Assembly: GCA_001938485.1 (NCBI GenBank)
Contig: MQRK01233167.1
Span: 30,285-82,975 of the forward strand
From: Girardia tigrina
Lineage: Eukaryota
Reading direction: 5' to 3'
Length of the DNA stretch: 52,691 nucleotides
Part shown: piece by piece, positions 52,150 to 52,691 of the stretch
Numbering within the stretch: position 1 is the stretch's first letter
Layout: the number at the start of each line of letters is the position of its first letter
Program-made: the position numbers and the translations under genes
The notes under the pieces: generated by a model
Seen by the model: only the letters and a program-made list of their open reading frames with translations
What the model was told of the DNA's origin: nothing
The model's database searches: none

Positions 52150-52557
52150 TGGAATTTCTACCAAATAGCGAATATAATTCGATTGATTCATTTAAACGTT
52201 GCTTCAGAAACTTGGCTGATTATAAAAACATCCGCTTTAAAGTTACTTAGAGAATATCCGAACCATTATTTTGGATTGATTCCGGGTCACAGTAATTGTA
52301 ATTATCAGAAAATGATAGATTTAATTATTGAATGTCTGCAAGAATTTAATATTAATTTTAATATAGATATTGTAGCTTCAACATATAATGGAGCAGCACT
52401 AAGGGTTAAGTATGGAGAAACAATTAATTCATTCAGTCAATTATATTTCAATCATGAAATCCGTTTCGCATTCTGTGTGGCTTTTTGTAAGAAAAACCAA
52501 ATCACCAAGCAAAAATATATAATTCAGGATATACGGGATAACACAGTTTTTATTTGA
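52150..52557 (+). pseudogene. hAT-like transposase relic
   Basis: LQEFNINFNIDIVASTYNGAALRVKYG...QLYFNHEIRFA resembles a degenerate hAT TDGA..M / C.AH segment. Confidence 0.55.
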
Positions 52558-52569
52558 CTTACCTTTCTG

Positions 52570-52609
<40 letters not shown>

Positions 52610-52612
<3 letters not shown>

Positions 52613-52691
52613 TAGCGCTCAAAAATAACCGGACGAAGTGAAAATTGGCTATATCTCTTGAATGGTATTAAATATATTAATGAAATTTTGC
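52610..52691 (+). mobile_element. Left end of a Tc1-like element inserted in (TA)n
   Basis: TA-CAGTAGCGCTCAAAAATAACCGGAC resembles a Tc1 TIR; truncated by the window edge. Confidence 0.5.

Overview
AT-rich eukaryotic (probably invertebrate) scaffold with three N-gaps. It is a transposon graveyard around one clearly conserved host gene: proteasome alpha-4 subunit PSMA7/PRE6 (24828-25673, one 51-nt GT-AG intron). Mobile DNA includes decayed Ty3/Gypsy elements (one with only 63-bp LTRs, one CsRn1-like gag with a doubled CHCC finger), about seven copies of a ~460-bp solo-LTR family with 5-bp TSDs, Tc1/mariner, maT, hAT and possible MULE relics, piggyBac-type and foldback MITEs, and several Penelope-like elements (PLEs). 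The most striking signal is not on the ORF track. Five complete minimal hammerhead ribozyme folds (plus one truncated) sit just downstream of PLE GIY-YIG ORFs from three different families. All have the core (C/U)UGANGA + extra U, a stem II, GAAA and a palindromic stem III. Two PLE units are short inverted-repeat cassettes, one with ribozymes on both strands. In another copy the rearrangement junction falls at the predicted cleavage site. Two lineage-specific ORFs (a 56-aa acidic peptide and a coiled-coil protein) and a compact GC-rich structured island are further candidates. All calls come from reading the sequence by eye; no searches or folding programs were run.
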